Assembly: GCA_030141605.1 (NCBI GenBank)
Contig: JAQGDQ010000562.1
Span: forward strand, 75,836 to 139,835
Reading direction: 5' to 3'
Length of the DNA stretch: 64,000 nt
Origin: Tubiluchus corallicola
Taxonomy: Eukaryota > Animalia > Priapulida
Position 1 is the first letter of the stretch; every line of letters begins with the position of its first letter. The notes under the pieces are model-generated. The model was not told the DNA's origin. It saw nothing but the letters and a program-made list of their open reading frames with translations, and ran no database searches. This document shows, one piece after another, positions 29,617 through 39,500 of the stretch. A program made the position numbers and the translations under genes.

Positions 29617-31729
29617 CTTCTGCTTGAAAGACTTATGTAACTAGAAAAGAAAATTATTATTCAAAATGATTTAACCAACTGTTAAAATGTCGTTGACTCA
29701 CTTCCAGGGTGCATCACTCGCTAACCAAAAACGTATTTTTAATCTTACTGACAATATACGGTAATTTAAAATTTTACTTAGTTAGTGACGTGTGCGCCAC
29801 AATGTTCTAATTAACAGTCACTGCGGGAGTTTAAATTTACATGTTTTATACAGCGCTACTGCCAACGCAAACCCTGTATGCAAAAAGACAGCAAGTCAGT
29901 GGTATAAAATTTCAAGACGAATTTTTTAAGCTTTATGTAGGTGGAGGCTTTTCTTGTGCTTTAACACAAATATTTTTGCACAGACGTGTACGTATTAATG
30001 CACTTCGTTATAACGTCAAACTCACATAATGCCAACCTCCTTTGTAGACCCGAAAGAGGCATGATTATATACACCCATATATTGGAAAGATTTTGTGTGC
30101 CAATATGCATTTGAAGATGAAGAGCATGTACAGCGAGTACATATTTATGTACACGCTAAATAACTGTTTAGACGTAGGAGTCGGAGCAGGACTATCCAAA
30201 ATTCTAGAAGTCCGAGTTGGGAGCTAGATTTACCAACTCCATAGCTTTGAATTAGAAACACCTATTACTTACTGGCAAACCAAGCTTGATGGCATCAACA
30301 GGTACTTGAAATGGCCAAGCAAACTGATGTTTCCAAACAGGCTTCATTACATGCTTTTGGATGTAGTCAAGTTGGTTTGTGCTCCGCGTTTTCTTGGTCG
30401 GTGGTGGAATAAATGGAGGCTGCACAAATCCAGACGCTGGAATAGTTCTTTCTGCCTCTGGCATATCCTAGAAACACCAAAATAAAAATTTTATTATTAA
30501 TTAGGAAATAGAAATGACGGCAAAAATTCTCCACAAAAACTTTACTCAAATACCTAAATTCTAAGTTTTATTCTATTTTATTGCTCTGACATTGTTTTAT
30601 CACATGCAAACTTAGTTTCACAAACAAACAAGTTAACTACTTCAGTGTAATTATCTATAAACTGATGCAAAAATCAAGGACTTATTTTAACTTTTAGTAA
30701 CATAATGCACTAAGCAAGTTGTTACCTGCCACAAAATTCCCACAAGTTAATTTATTACATGAAAGAAGAAATGCACAATTATTAAATTAAAACAATGTAA
30801 ATATAAAAATAAAAAGTGATTTAGAATTCGGCTTATACTTCTTAGCATGCCTAAGATCAATTTACCAAGGTGATCAAGGCTTATTTTCCACCTTTCCGTA
30901 TAGATGAATTTCGTCCGCGTAGGAATCTAACAAAAGCATCGCAATCGTAGTGCTCACTTGCTTATCATTATGCGAAAACATTATCATTGGGAATTTCTGT
31001 GCTATAATTAATGCAGATATAGGGCACCAAACAGTGCAATTTTTACAAAAGCTCAATCACCATGACAGTTGTAAACAGGCGATTATTCTTGGCATGTCAA
31101 CTGGCTAGTGTTTACGTGTATTTAAAGCTCGGGGAAACTAAAAGAAAATATAGATTTTGCATGCAAGATTTTAAAAAGTTTTTAAAAAGGCATAACAATT
31201 AGGTGCAATTTTACAACTACTTTAAAAATAAAATTAAAATTTGCAGACAAAAAGTACTTTTACAGGTAGGCTCGTTTTTTAATTATTGCTACGTGTCTCA
31301 ATACTATTGAATAAGCTTCTTATTTTACATCTGCTTTGAAATGGAACTGTAAGGAATAATCTGCTTTAATTACCATAGTCGGGAAAGTTAATAGTCTAAC
31401 TTTTCTGATTTTATGTGATTTTCTAGCAATTGTGTAGACACTATCGCACAAAAATGGTTTTCACGAAGTTTGCAAATTGCATTTGGAGACTCAAACTCTC
31501 TAACTAGCCCTCAAACACAAATAAGCAAGCACTGTTACAGAGAATGCAAAGCAGGATGGGCAAAAACCTACAAAGTCAGCAGGAAAATATGATAAAAAAG
31601 TGATTAGAATGATTCTAAAGGGCCTACCAACTTTTTATCTTCGTAGATGTGCCTCATAATTACTAGCTAATGGCAAGTCACACTTTTAATTTTAGTTAAA
31701 CTTACACTTGATGCTTCACCATTTTCCAT
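2480..31729 (-). CDS. BRD4: BET-family double bromodomain protein (BRD4/fs(1)h-like long isoform), 26 coding exons, ~1211 aa
   Basis: Phase-consistent GT-AG exon chain: 31706-31729, 30273-30467, 26913-27059, 25248-25469, 24598-24849, 22674-22874, 22276-22374, 20844-20945, 19889-20017, 18135-18314, 17914-18042, 16724-17034, 15256-15416, 13311-13478, 11683-11826, 11157-11270, 10591-10619, 10342-10417, 9236-9394, 8744-8826, 7968-8097, 6861-7003, 5026-5163, 4727-4818, 3075-3216, 2480-2545 (3636 nt). Recognised motifs: [85 protein letters not shown] and [17 protein letters not shown]. This is a pro-orthologue of the vertebrate BET genes; the symbol reflects the presence of the C-terminal motif. 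Confidence 0.93.
3075..3216 (-). CDS. BRD4: BET long-isoform exon, coiled coil into CTM
   Basis: [13 protein letters not shown]...[11 protein letters not shown]; phase 2-0. Confidence 0.9.
4727..4818 (-). CDS. BRD4: BET long-isoform exon, coiled coil
   Basis: [30 protein letters not shown]; phase 0-2. Confidence 0.87.
5026..5163 (-). CDS. BRD4: BET long-isoform exon, conserved C-terminal block
   Basis: [14 protein letters not shown]...[16 protein letters not shown] resembles the BRD4-L DLKIKNxxSWxSL and SFEQFRRAAREK blocks. Confidence 0.9.
5812..5998. mobile_element. Degenerate Tc1/mariner-type MITE (family A)
   Basis: TA-CAGTCAAA...TTTTACTG ends; internal similarity to copies at ~29303-30070 and 43976-44519. 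Confidence 0.5.
6861..7003 (-). CDS. BRD4: BET long-isoform exon
   Basis: ITGVSYTSG...RKNVKQ; tttctag / gtattt; phase 1-0. Confidence 0.72.
7169..7728. mobile_element. TTAA-flanked non-autonomous DNA transposon (Kolobok-like)
   Basis: TTAA-AGGAAAAC...GTTTTCCT-TTAA; a homologous copy lies at ~52480-52958. Confidence 0.7.
7968..8097 (-). CDS. BRD4: BET long-isoform exon
   Basis: [10 protein letters not shown]...PNVQT; cacag / gtaagt; phase 0-1. Confidence 0.75.
8340..8645 (-). mobile_element. L2/CR1-group LINE ORF2 3' fragment, decayed
   Basis: [19 protein letters not shown]...PRCSLR...RASFS resembles the L2 ORF2 C-terminal LTFKALHGLAPSYL...PxRSLRS...RAFS pattern. Confidence 0.7.
8744..8826 (-). 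CDS. BRD4: BET long-isoform exon
   Basis: VSSVPQLP...LSDIK; tttccag / gtaatg; phase 1-0. Confidence 0.72.
9236..9394 (-). CDS. BRD4: BET long-isoform exon
   Basis: GLSNSTSAP...NKSSSA; phase 1-1; locally higher GC. Confidence 0.72.
9491..10149. mobile_element. piggyBac-like MITE
   Basis: TTAA on both sides; TIRs CTCCTTGAGGACC / GGTCCTGAAGGAG (12 of 13 match). Confidence 0.8.
10342..10417 (-). CDS. BRD4: BET long-isoform exon
   Basis: DSTNKVPTQ...SPQT; ttgcag / gtatgt; phase 0-1. Confidence 0.72.
10462..10532. repeat. Short ~24-bp tandem repeat, ~3 copies
   Basis: ACTACTATACATATACTCCTAAAAA repeated. Confidence 0.75.
10591..10619 (-). CDS. BRD4: BET 29-nt micro-exon ([10 protein letters not shown])
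   Basis: Strong ctttttttcag acceptor and GAG/gtaata donor; supplies the phase 1 to 0 change needed by the next exon. Confidence 0.75.
11157..11270 (-). CDS. BRD4: BET exon, SEED domain
   Basis: [29 protein letters not shown]; ttacag / gttagt. Confidence 0.9.
11683..11826 (-). CDS. BRD4: BET exon, post-ET
   Basis: [21 protein letters not shown]...KQKK; phase 1-1. Confidence 0.82.
13311..13478 (-). CDS. BRD4: BET exon, ET domain
   Basis: [55 protein letters not shown]. Confidence 0.96.
13643..14340. mobile_element. pogo/Tigger-like MITE
   Basis: TIRs CAGTAAGTCCTCACTTAACGAC / GTCATTAAGCGAGGACTTACTG; flanks are TG..CA rather than a clean TA. Confidence 0.8.
15256..15416 (-). CDS. BRD4: BET exon, ET domain start
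   Basis: ...[27 protein letters not shown]; ttctag / gtaagc. Confidence 0.95.
15497..15928. mobile_element. Tc1/mariner-type MITE
   Basis: TA flanks; inverted ATCTCGGTTTGCCGGAC near both ends. Confidence 0.75.
16056..16659. mobile_element. pogo-like MITE
   Basis: TA-CCGTATATAC...GTATATACGG-TA, with TGTACAAGT also inverted. Confidence 0.8.
16724..17034 (-). CDS. BRD4: BET exon, Pro/Lys/Thr-rich region
   Basis: [11 protein letters not shown]...RKRRASGGR; ttgcag / gtatgt; phase 0-2. Confidence 0.85.
17914..18042 (-). CDS. BRD4: BET exon, motif B and basic region
   Basis: [12 protein letters not shown]...[12 protein letters not shown]; ctgtag / gtaagt. Confidence 0.92.
18135..18314 (-). CDS. 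BRD4: BET exon, end of BD2, acidic stretch and motif B start
   Basis: [14 protein letters not shown]...[16 protein letters not shown]. Confidence 0.92.
19418..19722. mobile_element. Tigger-like MITE
   Basis: TIRs CAGGTAGTCATTGACT / AGTCAATGACTACCTG. Confidence 0.8.
19889..20017 (-). CDS. BRD4: BET exon, BD2 core
   Basis: [43 protein letters not shown]; ttatag / gtgagt. Confidence 0.95.
20844..20945 (-). CDS. BRD4: BET exon, BD2 ZA loop
   Basis: [34 protein letters not shown]; tttcag / gtaact. Confidence 0.95.
21109..22279. repeat. 69-bp tandem repeat, ~17 copies, in the BD2 intron
   Basis: Unit AATATATTCACAGCACAAGAAACAACTGAATCAACAATAGTGAAGAACCTACAAGTTACAGAACACAAC, near-identical copies. 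Confidence 0.97.
22276..22374 (-). CDS. BRD4: BET exon, start of BD2
   Basis: [33 protein letters not shown]; tttcag / gtgagt. Confidence 0.93.
22674..22874 (-). CDS. BRD4: BET exon, motif A
   Basis: [14 protein letters not shown]...[19 protein letters not shown]; ttacag / gtttgt. Confidence 0.92.
24598..24849 (-). CDS. BRD4: BET exon, Ser/Pro/Thr-rich linker
   Basis: VPSASTVK...SSLPK; atacag / gtgggt; phase 0-0. Confidence 0.82.
25248..25469 (-). CDS. BRD4: BET exon, end of BD1 and linker
   Basis: [27 protein letters not shown]...; ttttag / gtaagt. Confidence 0.92.
25521..26215. mobile_element. hAT-type non-autonomous element
   Basis: Perfect 8-bp TSD AATGTAAC; TIRs TAGGGATGTTACCAAAA / TTTTGGTAACATCCTTG. 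Confidence 0.85.
26913..27059 (-). CDS. BRD4: BET exon, BD1 core
   Basis: [49 protein letters not shown]; ttacag / gtgagt. Confidence 0.95.
28597..28729. repeat. Two-copy local duplication, period 77 bp
   Basis: CTTGCAATCGTTTTGC..GGTGGCACCACATATTTCCGTTAGTTATGAGTCATA occurs twice. Confidence 0.85.
29353..29960. mobile_element. Kolobok-like TTAA element, nested in a family A MITE
   Basis: TTAA-AGGACAAGAAAAG...CTTTTCTTGTGCT-TTAA; inverted homologue at 38308-38951. Confidence 0.75.
29579..29613. repeat. (AT)n microsatellite
   Basis: Direct reading. Other microsatellites: 11885-12002 (TA/TACR), 14415-14470 (CAT), 34851-34884 (TG/GA), 36714-36736 (AT), 53265-53410 (TTCG/TTTG) and 54850-54916 (AT/CT). 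Confidence 0.9.
30273..30467 (-). CDS. BRD4: BET exon, BD1 N-terminal part
   Basis: DMPEAERT...[36 protein letters not shown]; tttctag / gtaagt. Confidence 0.95.
31706..31729 (-). CDS. BRD4: BET first coding exon (MENGEASS)
   Basis: Acceptor tttgtag before 31746, ATG at 31729, donor GTAAGT; phase 0 matches the next exon (GAT ATG CCA). Confidence 0.6.
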
Positions 31730-32559
31730 GTTTTCTTAGTTTCCACCTACAAAGTGTGGCTCTAAATCTAAAACACAATTATATAGAGCATTATTATACT
31801 ACAAATTTTAATATTATTGTCAAAAGTATCACATATGCCTTTAAAACGTGGTGCTGTTAACATACTAGAAAATACTTGGCACATTAATATAATATTTAAA
31901 AGCAAAAACAAATAAATTTGTTTACAACAATTTATTTCTTGTTTATTCACTGCAGCATTCAATTAATCTACAAATACATTTAAAAAATCATTTTCACTGT
32001 TACACACGACTCACTTATGTGAACAGAAATATACCAGAAGTATACAACCACAAATATTACACAACAGAAAAATCGTCTACAGTCACCACAGCTGTTCTCC
32101 AACATATTTACAAAAAAAATTGAAGTTGAAAGTTCACGGTAAGCCTATAAGTACTGGACATACACAATTACACATCACTTACATGTAAATTAGACATTCA
32201 GAAAGTAAATCTACCCTTTATTTCATTAGTTAGATGCAGGACTATTAATGCCTTTGGTTAAACAACCATACCCACATACTAGTCAACCCTTTGTAAAAAA
32301 AACAACAGTGAAGTCATTTACTGATGTATATTTAAGAAAGACATTGTAGTTTGTAACAAATTTTGCTAAACAAGATAAATAAAAATTCTTTTCGCAAAAA
32401 CCGAGATTTGTTATAATAAAATCTAGAAATTTCTGACAAATTTTCAACAAGGTATTTCAGAAATAAAGAGTCGTCAAGCTTTGTTTTATTTCAGCAATGA
32501 ACGTTAAGCGAAATTCTAGAAATGCAAATCTACAAAAACTAGACGATTTTAATTCTGTA

Positions 32560-33340
32560 CAAAAAGGAAAACCGGAAATTTTTGTACTCTAATCATCCCA
32601 AGAAACAAAGCGAGAAGACCAAAACTACACAAAATGGCGTAAGATTTAAACAGCGCCACCCCGAGCACGAGTATGAATCATTACCGAAATATTCTAAAAA
32701 TTGAAAAAAGCTCAGAGATTCTTTAGAAATGAAAAGATCAAAATAATTATTAATGCTTCGTTCATTATTGTTTTAATAATTAGTATTTTTATAATGTTGA
32801 CTTGTCTAGCGCAAAGTATTTAAATATAAGTATTTACGTTGGCCAAAATGTTTAATAAATTGTGACTTAAAGTGAACTGTTCTTTTCGAAATAAAAATAA
32901 AAAAACAGACATATCATGTAAACATTAAAACTTTTTTTGCTCTCAATCATCTTACCCATTTATTTTATTTTGACGAACGGCGAACGAAAGCGGACTTATC
33001 TCAATGTGCTCAGTCTACGATCACGTGATCACATACATTGGCTTGCATATTTTTGTATAAACAAACGGATACAAGTTAAAGTTTTGATTATAACAGCGTG
33101 CACGTGGCTTATTATTAACCTTTATCAAATATTGTTGTGGACCAATGTATGACTATCACATACGCGATGCTAATTCGCACATCATTCCACAAAATTTAGC
33201 GGTAACACGAAAGAAACCTCCCTCCACCAAATCGGCGAAGGGAGTGCTGAACTATTAGCTTTCACGCAGTAGCCACAGCTCGACACATCACACGTGATTG
33301 GCTGTTGCGCATTGAAAGCTAGTGCCTGCTAAGCAGTAGC
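32560..33340. promoter_or_regulatory. Bidirectional promoter region shared by the BET gene and TYW3
   Basis: Head-to-head genes. CACGTG at 33022, 33101 and 33291; CCAAT/ATTGG at 33037, 33142 and 33297; YY1-like AAAATGGCG at 32631; ETS-like CCGGAA at 32572. A possible BET non-coding exon 1 donor lies at 32684. Confidence 0.6.
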
Positions 33341-33401
33341 AGCTGTTACTAATCTTAAAATTGGTTCAGGCCTTTTGTGTGATATTTGCAGTAGGCCTGC
33401 A

Positions 33402-33575
33402 ATGAATAATGTTCAAAATTTTGCTTCTGCGAAGAAAAATCGATTTGCTTCAGTTGATTTGAGTAGGAAAGGTTCAATTGATTTACCTATTGTTGATCTG
33501 GTAACCTTCATCAATAGCAAAGAATTTCTATTCACCACTAGCTCCTGCTCTGGACGAATTGTGCTGTTTTCTATG
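33402..33575 (+). CDS. TYW3: TYW3 exon 1
   Basis: MNNVQNF...DLSRKGSID...FTTSSCSGRIVLFSM / gtatgc. Confidence 0.93.
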
Positions 33576-36500
33576 GTATGCTATGTGAAAATTTTGCTGC
33601 TTGTGAACATGTACACATCACGAGTTGTTAAATATAATTATATTAATGTTTCTATACACTAATGTACATCACTATTAGTTGTTTCCCCATAAACACCATT
33701 TTTATATGCTTGGTATATCAGCAGGGCACTTTATTTATGACTTTAGTCATAAATTGCATAAATAGCTTATTTAATACTAATTTCAGATTTTATTTATGAC
33801 GTGTCAAATTTTGACCAAAAATGCCATCCTGAGCTAAAAGAAATACATATTTTTAATCAGAATCTTGTATTTTGCCTTTCTTCGTTCTTCATTACATTAA
33901 AATGTAATAAAAATGTCTACTTTCATCATTCCAAGGCCTGAAGTTTCTCGTATTGTTTTGCATGCAGGCATCCCTCCAGACTGAAATCCGTGATCGTGTT
34001 TATAATAATTATAGTATCGGTTTTAATTTGTTTAGGATGACCTATAAAATTACTGCTCATAAAAATCAATCTATTAATTAATTCGTACAGTCACAATTCG
34101 TAGCCACAATTAGTACAAGTAAATAATGTATTTTTTTAAATATCGATTTTAAATTTAATGTTGGAAAATACTATTGGCTATTACATCTTTCTAGGGAACC
34201 GTCACGTATGTTTTCTAATTAAAATTACATTAAGCAAAATAACTAAACAAGAAAAACAGTTAAATTTTAATGACAATGAAGCAACAAATTCTCCCAAAGA
34301 TAAAATATGCTCAAATTCTAGCAGACGGCATTATTCTTATTTCTTGAGGATGAGGCAGTAAGGCACGGGAAACGCTTGCGGCAAACTCGAGCTAAAACCT
34401 ACACCCAAGCCATTGACTTACGCCGCTTAGGGGTAAGCATCGAAGTTCGGTTCGATTCGAATTCGAAAGTCACAAAGTCGGTTCGATTCGAATTCGCTTT
34501 CTGGTAGAGAATGCTCACCCCTAACGCCGCTAGGATGAGAAAGGCACTGAAATGAACGTGCAAAGAAAAGAATTAGAAGTGTAGATTTCTGTTATTGTGC
34601 AGAGCGTAGGTTTGAGGCGGCAGAACTTTAGGACATTAAAATAGGTAAGCTGTCTTTAATTCAAATTTTCGATGGAACGACAACGATTCTGTCGGTGCCT
34701 ATTTATTTTTTCGCGGTAACGCGCTCATTTACTTTTTATTATTTAGGTTGCTTCTAGACGAGTTAATGACAGATAAACGCATCAGTTAGACAGTCTCAGT
34801 TACTGTGTTAGTCCACCAAACAGTCACGCGCAAGCTTCTTATGGACTGCCTGTGTGTGTGTGTGGGAGAGAGAGAGAGAGAGAGACGGTGGAAACAGTTT
34901 TCTGTACTGAATTTTTTGTTCCATTCATCGGGAAATGATTATTTTTCTTTCGTTATTTATGACAAATTTGAAATCTTATTTATGACTATTTATGACTATT
35001 TTGCAAGAAAAGTCATAAATAAAGTGCCCTGTATATCAGTGAGTCTCATGCTAGATGTTGTGTTCAGATAATACTTATAAAATTTTACATCAATGTGCTC
35101 AGTTATTGCACAGCAGAGAACTGACCGAAGTAAGTTTTCTAATGAAACTGCTGACAGTCTAAACAGGGTGTTCACAAATACAAAGGGCTCATAAGACTAA
35201 ATAGGTTTTAATAATCTAGAATATTACTTTACTAGTGTTAATTTTTATAGTTTATCAGAAATCTGAGGTATGGCTTTGCATCTATTCTAAAGTTTTTGGA
35301 CACATTTATGTAGGACGTTGCACTTGTAAATGTATCTTGCATTTTTATTTTTGTCACAGGCTGAAACAAAGAAAAAAGGTTGTCACTGGCATCTGGTGTC
35401 TCATGTTAAACTTGAGGATAATGCGCTGGTGAGTGGCTGTTCAAAGTTCGATGTGGTATATAAATTCAGCTAGCTACCTTGACTTTTTCAGTTGTATTTT
35501 TGAATTTTTAAGTATTAATTGTGAACAGGCCATGAACTTTTATTGTTATGGTTTAGGCCTAAATATGCCTGAGGTACTTGTCCTAGATGACTTTACTTTT
35601 AAATTTTCATTTTAAACTATCATTTGAAGATTTTTGCATGAAAAAGTAGAAGCCTCTACATCGCCTGACCTTTGTGACAATGTTGTTTGGTTGTGTATAT
35701 AGCTAATCAAAAATGTCTCATACTCCAGATCACTAGACAGGCAACACTGTGCTAGCTAATAATTAGTAGTACATGAGAATGTTGAAGTAATAACAGTATT
35801 TGTACTGGTATTACATTTTAAAGACTGTACTGGATACTGGATGTTGTCATTGTTGTGTTGGGACAGAGTCAGCATTTACAAGGGAAAAGGAGTAAGTCAG
35901 TGTTTGTAAATTGCAAATTGTTTTGCACATTTCAAAAATCCCAAATTTATGTTAAGTACCTTTTGCCTGTCGTCGTTTTGTATTGTTTTTAATGTATGTG
36001 CTTGAACAGGGACCATATCTCAACTATGTTTGTGCCCAATGACCAGGGCAAATGATGGATTAGAGTGAATCTGTTCTTATACAGGATATGCACAATACAA
36101 AATCTGTGTGCAACAAGTTGTCTGAGGAAGATGTCTGCTTTCTGCAGATTCATTGAATGCTGTTTTACAATGTTGTTGCATGCATGCACATAAGCATGTT
36201 AAACATGCTTAATTTTATGTCTCAGACAAACTGATCCTGCTCTTGGGCTCGGAACAAAAATCTGCCTCGGGCAAAACCAGATCAAACTAATAAAAAGCAA
36301 TTTATGTAGCATGTCGTCTAATAGTTGTTTCCTGAGGTTACCTATGATATAGTTTTCTTTATACAAAAGTTACCTTGTACCAGAAAATTTTGTCTAAGAC
36401 AGTTTATGTCGGAAAATTTGTTGCAGTCAGATTTTTTATCTTGTGCGACTAGTAGAAGCTTAACAAATGTACCGGTGCATGTCAAACACGATATCTGCTG

Positions 36501-39500
36501 CCTTTTTAAAGGTCCCCCCCCATATGCTGTGCCTTTGAACATGTGCCCTCTTATGCCATTGCTAAAATAACTGTTTATATTATATCAGTAAACTGTCACA
36601 TTATTCGTGAGTTGTGCAAATGTTGTGATTCAATTCATTAATTCCTGGGAGCTGCTTTGTATATATAATGGACAAGTGACATTACTGTGTATTAGATGAA
36701 TGCTGATAATGTGATATATATATATATATATATATACTTTTATGCAAAGAAGCTGTAGCAGGGCCAGATTAACACCTCATGAGACCCCAAGAACTGAAAA
36801 TTGTGGTACACCCATACTTGTGTAATTCAGAATAAAAACAACACTAAACTCTGAAATTAAATTTCATGATTTATAATAAATACAAAAAACTACCTAGGGC
36901 ATCACCCTTACACTGCTTAAATAGCTGATATTAGATTTAAAGATGACTCTAAATCTTACAAATAGGCAGCCACTCAGCATATGTATATGTGAATTGCATA
37001 CCAATAAACGTTTGTACAAAAGTATCATTTTATATATAATTATATATGGAGCGTAATATATAGTGAACAAAACTTGTCCTAGGAAACATGGTGCAAACAC
37101 TTTCATTTTCATTTTTAATGGAATTGATAACGAGTGGAAAATGTCACATTGCTGTGCAAATTGCAAATTACTTGAATTTTTTACTGTGTGCACTATAATC
37201 TTGAGATGTTATTAAAGATGGTTAGACGAGGTACAATGTTTTCCAAAATATTTGTACATTGTTAATAAAAATTTAAATTTTATACATCATGTAAGATGAA
37301 CAGATGATAGATTGCAGAAATTAGTCTTAACTTTTTGGCGTTTGGTTTTTCAGAATGATGCATTGACTAACAGTAACACGACTCATGTCACTTTCAAGTT
37401 TGAGCCGCTCATTCTTCATATTCAATGCCGGACATTGGCTGATGCTCAGAAACTAGTAATTTTAATTCTGTTATAACTATTATTATGATAACTGGCTAGT
37501 GTGCAGAAAACTGGATTAATTAGTGCAGTTGCCAGTTTGTTGATTAATATTTGATGAAACAAAATCAATTATTGTAAATGTGAACATAATTAAGAGCCTT
37601 CAGATGTTCTTGCTAAAAATTAACAAAAAGGAATTAATCAGTTTGGTGAAGAGCTTGTTGAGCATGCCCTAACCAGGAAACGTTTATTTCCTGTTACGTA
37701 GCTTGTTAAATTGTATAACAGGGTATCTAAACTTTTGTGAATCTCTACCCTTTATTAATGACATTTGGTATTTCATTGAAGTTAAGAAACTAACCTGAGT
37801 GACTCATTGGTACGATCATTAAAAGGAAAAGGAAAAGTTTACTGTCTTTTCATATTTTGTTAAAATATGATCATTACATCATAGAAACCTTTAACTGGCC
37901 AGTTTTTATGGAGTGTTTGGTAAGCAGTTTTTATTTCATTTTAGGTACGGAGAGGTTTCTTAGTTTGCAGTGCATAATTTGTGCTATTTCTCGGCTTCTT
38001 AACAATATGAGTTGGTCAATCGCTTAGTCAGTGAACACGAAAATAAAGCCTCGCAGCAGCACTAAAATTTAAGCCTTTTGTGGCCTAGCATCACTTTGTT
38101 ATGGTCCATATTTCAATTTTATGACTACTGTTCATGCATCAAGGTAAAACACTATAAATGCTCTAACTGTTTTTTGTCTTTTAGCTTGCTGTGTCTGTTG
38201 CGTCTGGCTATCGAAATTCAGGCATATCTATTGGAAAGAAAGGCAAGATAATCTTGGTGAGTACAATAACTGTTAAGCAAATACATGTACAGTATTGCTA
38301 TGGTTAAAGCACAGGAAAAACCTCCACTTACATAAAGCTTAAAAAATTTGTCTTGAAATTTTATACCACTTTCATACTACCTTTTTGCATGCAGGGATTA
38401 AGTCAGTCATAGCGCTGTATAAAACGTGTTAGGCGGAGCCATTTTGATGGTAGGTCATTTGAAACAAATGTAGGTAACACTGAGTAAAGTTAGAAAAAAT
38501 AACCAGAGCATTCGTAGCATACATGTTGCTAACAAAGTAAAATTTTAAATTACTGTATCTTGTTGATAAGATTAAAAATACGTTTTTGGTTAGTGAGTGG
38601 TGCACCTTGGAGGGTGAGTCGCGACATTTTACCAATTGGCACAAACATTATAAATTACTATTTCTAGTTACATAAGTCTTTCCAGCAGGTTAGCAAAATG
38701 CTAAGTAATATAGATTTGCATGGAAAGTTTTTTCGGACATAATTTAACATTGCTTTTTCTTCCCCTGATTTATGTTTGCTTAGTGACGTCATGTAATGGC
38801 ACCGTTGGGACAGTATTGTGGGAGATTTAAAATGAAGACAAACAAGAATTCCTTTTAACGCGAGTACAATATACGTAAAATGCTGTAAAGTAATATAATT
38901 TTTTAAGGCGATTTTTCTGAAACCTACTTCAGTTACCACTTTCCTTGTCCTTTAAGACGCTTTATGTACAAGCAATAATAGTCAAGAACTTGTTTTTGAG
39001 ATTTATTGCATCCAGTTAACTTTATTATAAAAGTAGCATTAGTATGTTATTCATTATTTAAGGAAATGCACTGTCAAATGTTAACTTTAATTATGATTTA
39101 TATGTAGATCAGTTTGGAAATCACTTAAGCTATTTGTAATCACAAAATTAAGAGCTAAGCGTTTCAAATTTAGCCTTATCCTAGTCCACGATTCAGATTT
39201 TATTTACTTTTTCAAAATTAGCAATTTTTTTTAAAAATAAGTCATTAGGCAGGAACCTTTTTACTAATAGAAACAAAGGTAGCTATATAATACATATTTT
39301 AAATGGACTCAGTAAGAAGAAAATTACTACTAGTTTGTTACTTAGTTAAATATACTCAACAAACAGTTTGTTACATTAGCATTTAGTAAGTAGGTATTGC
39401 AAAAACAAAATGTCACCATTTCACTACTGATCTTTTTCAGAAAGCTGCACTTGTGCATAGTATCATTAATACTTCATTTTCGCTCACTTCATTAACTGTG

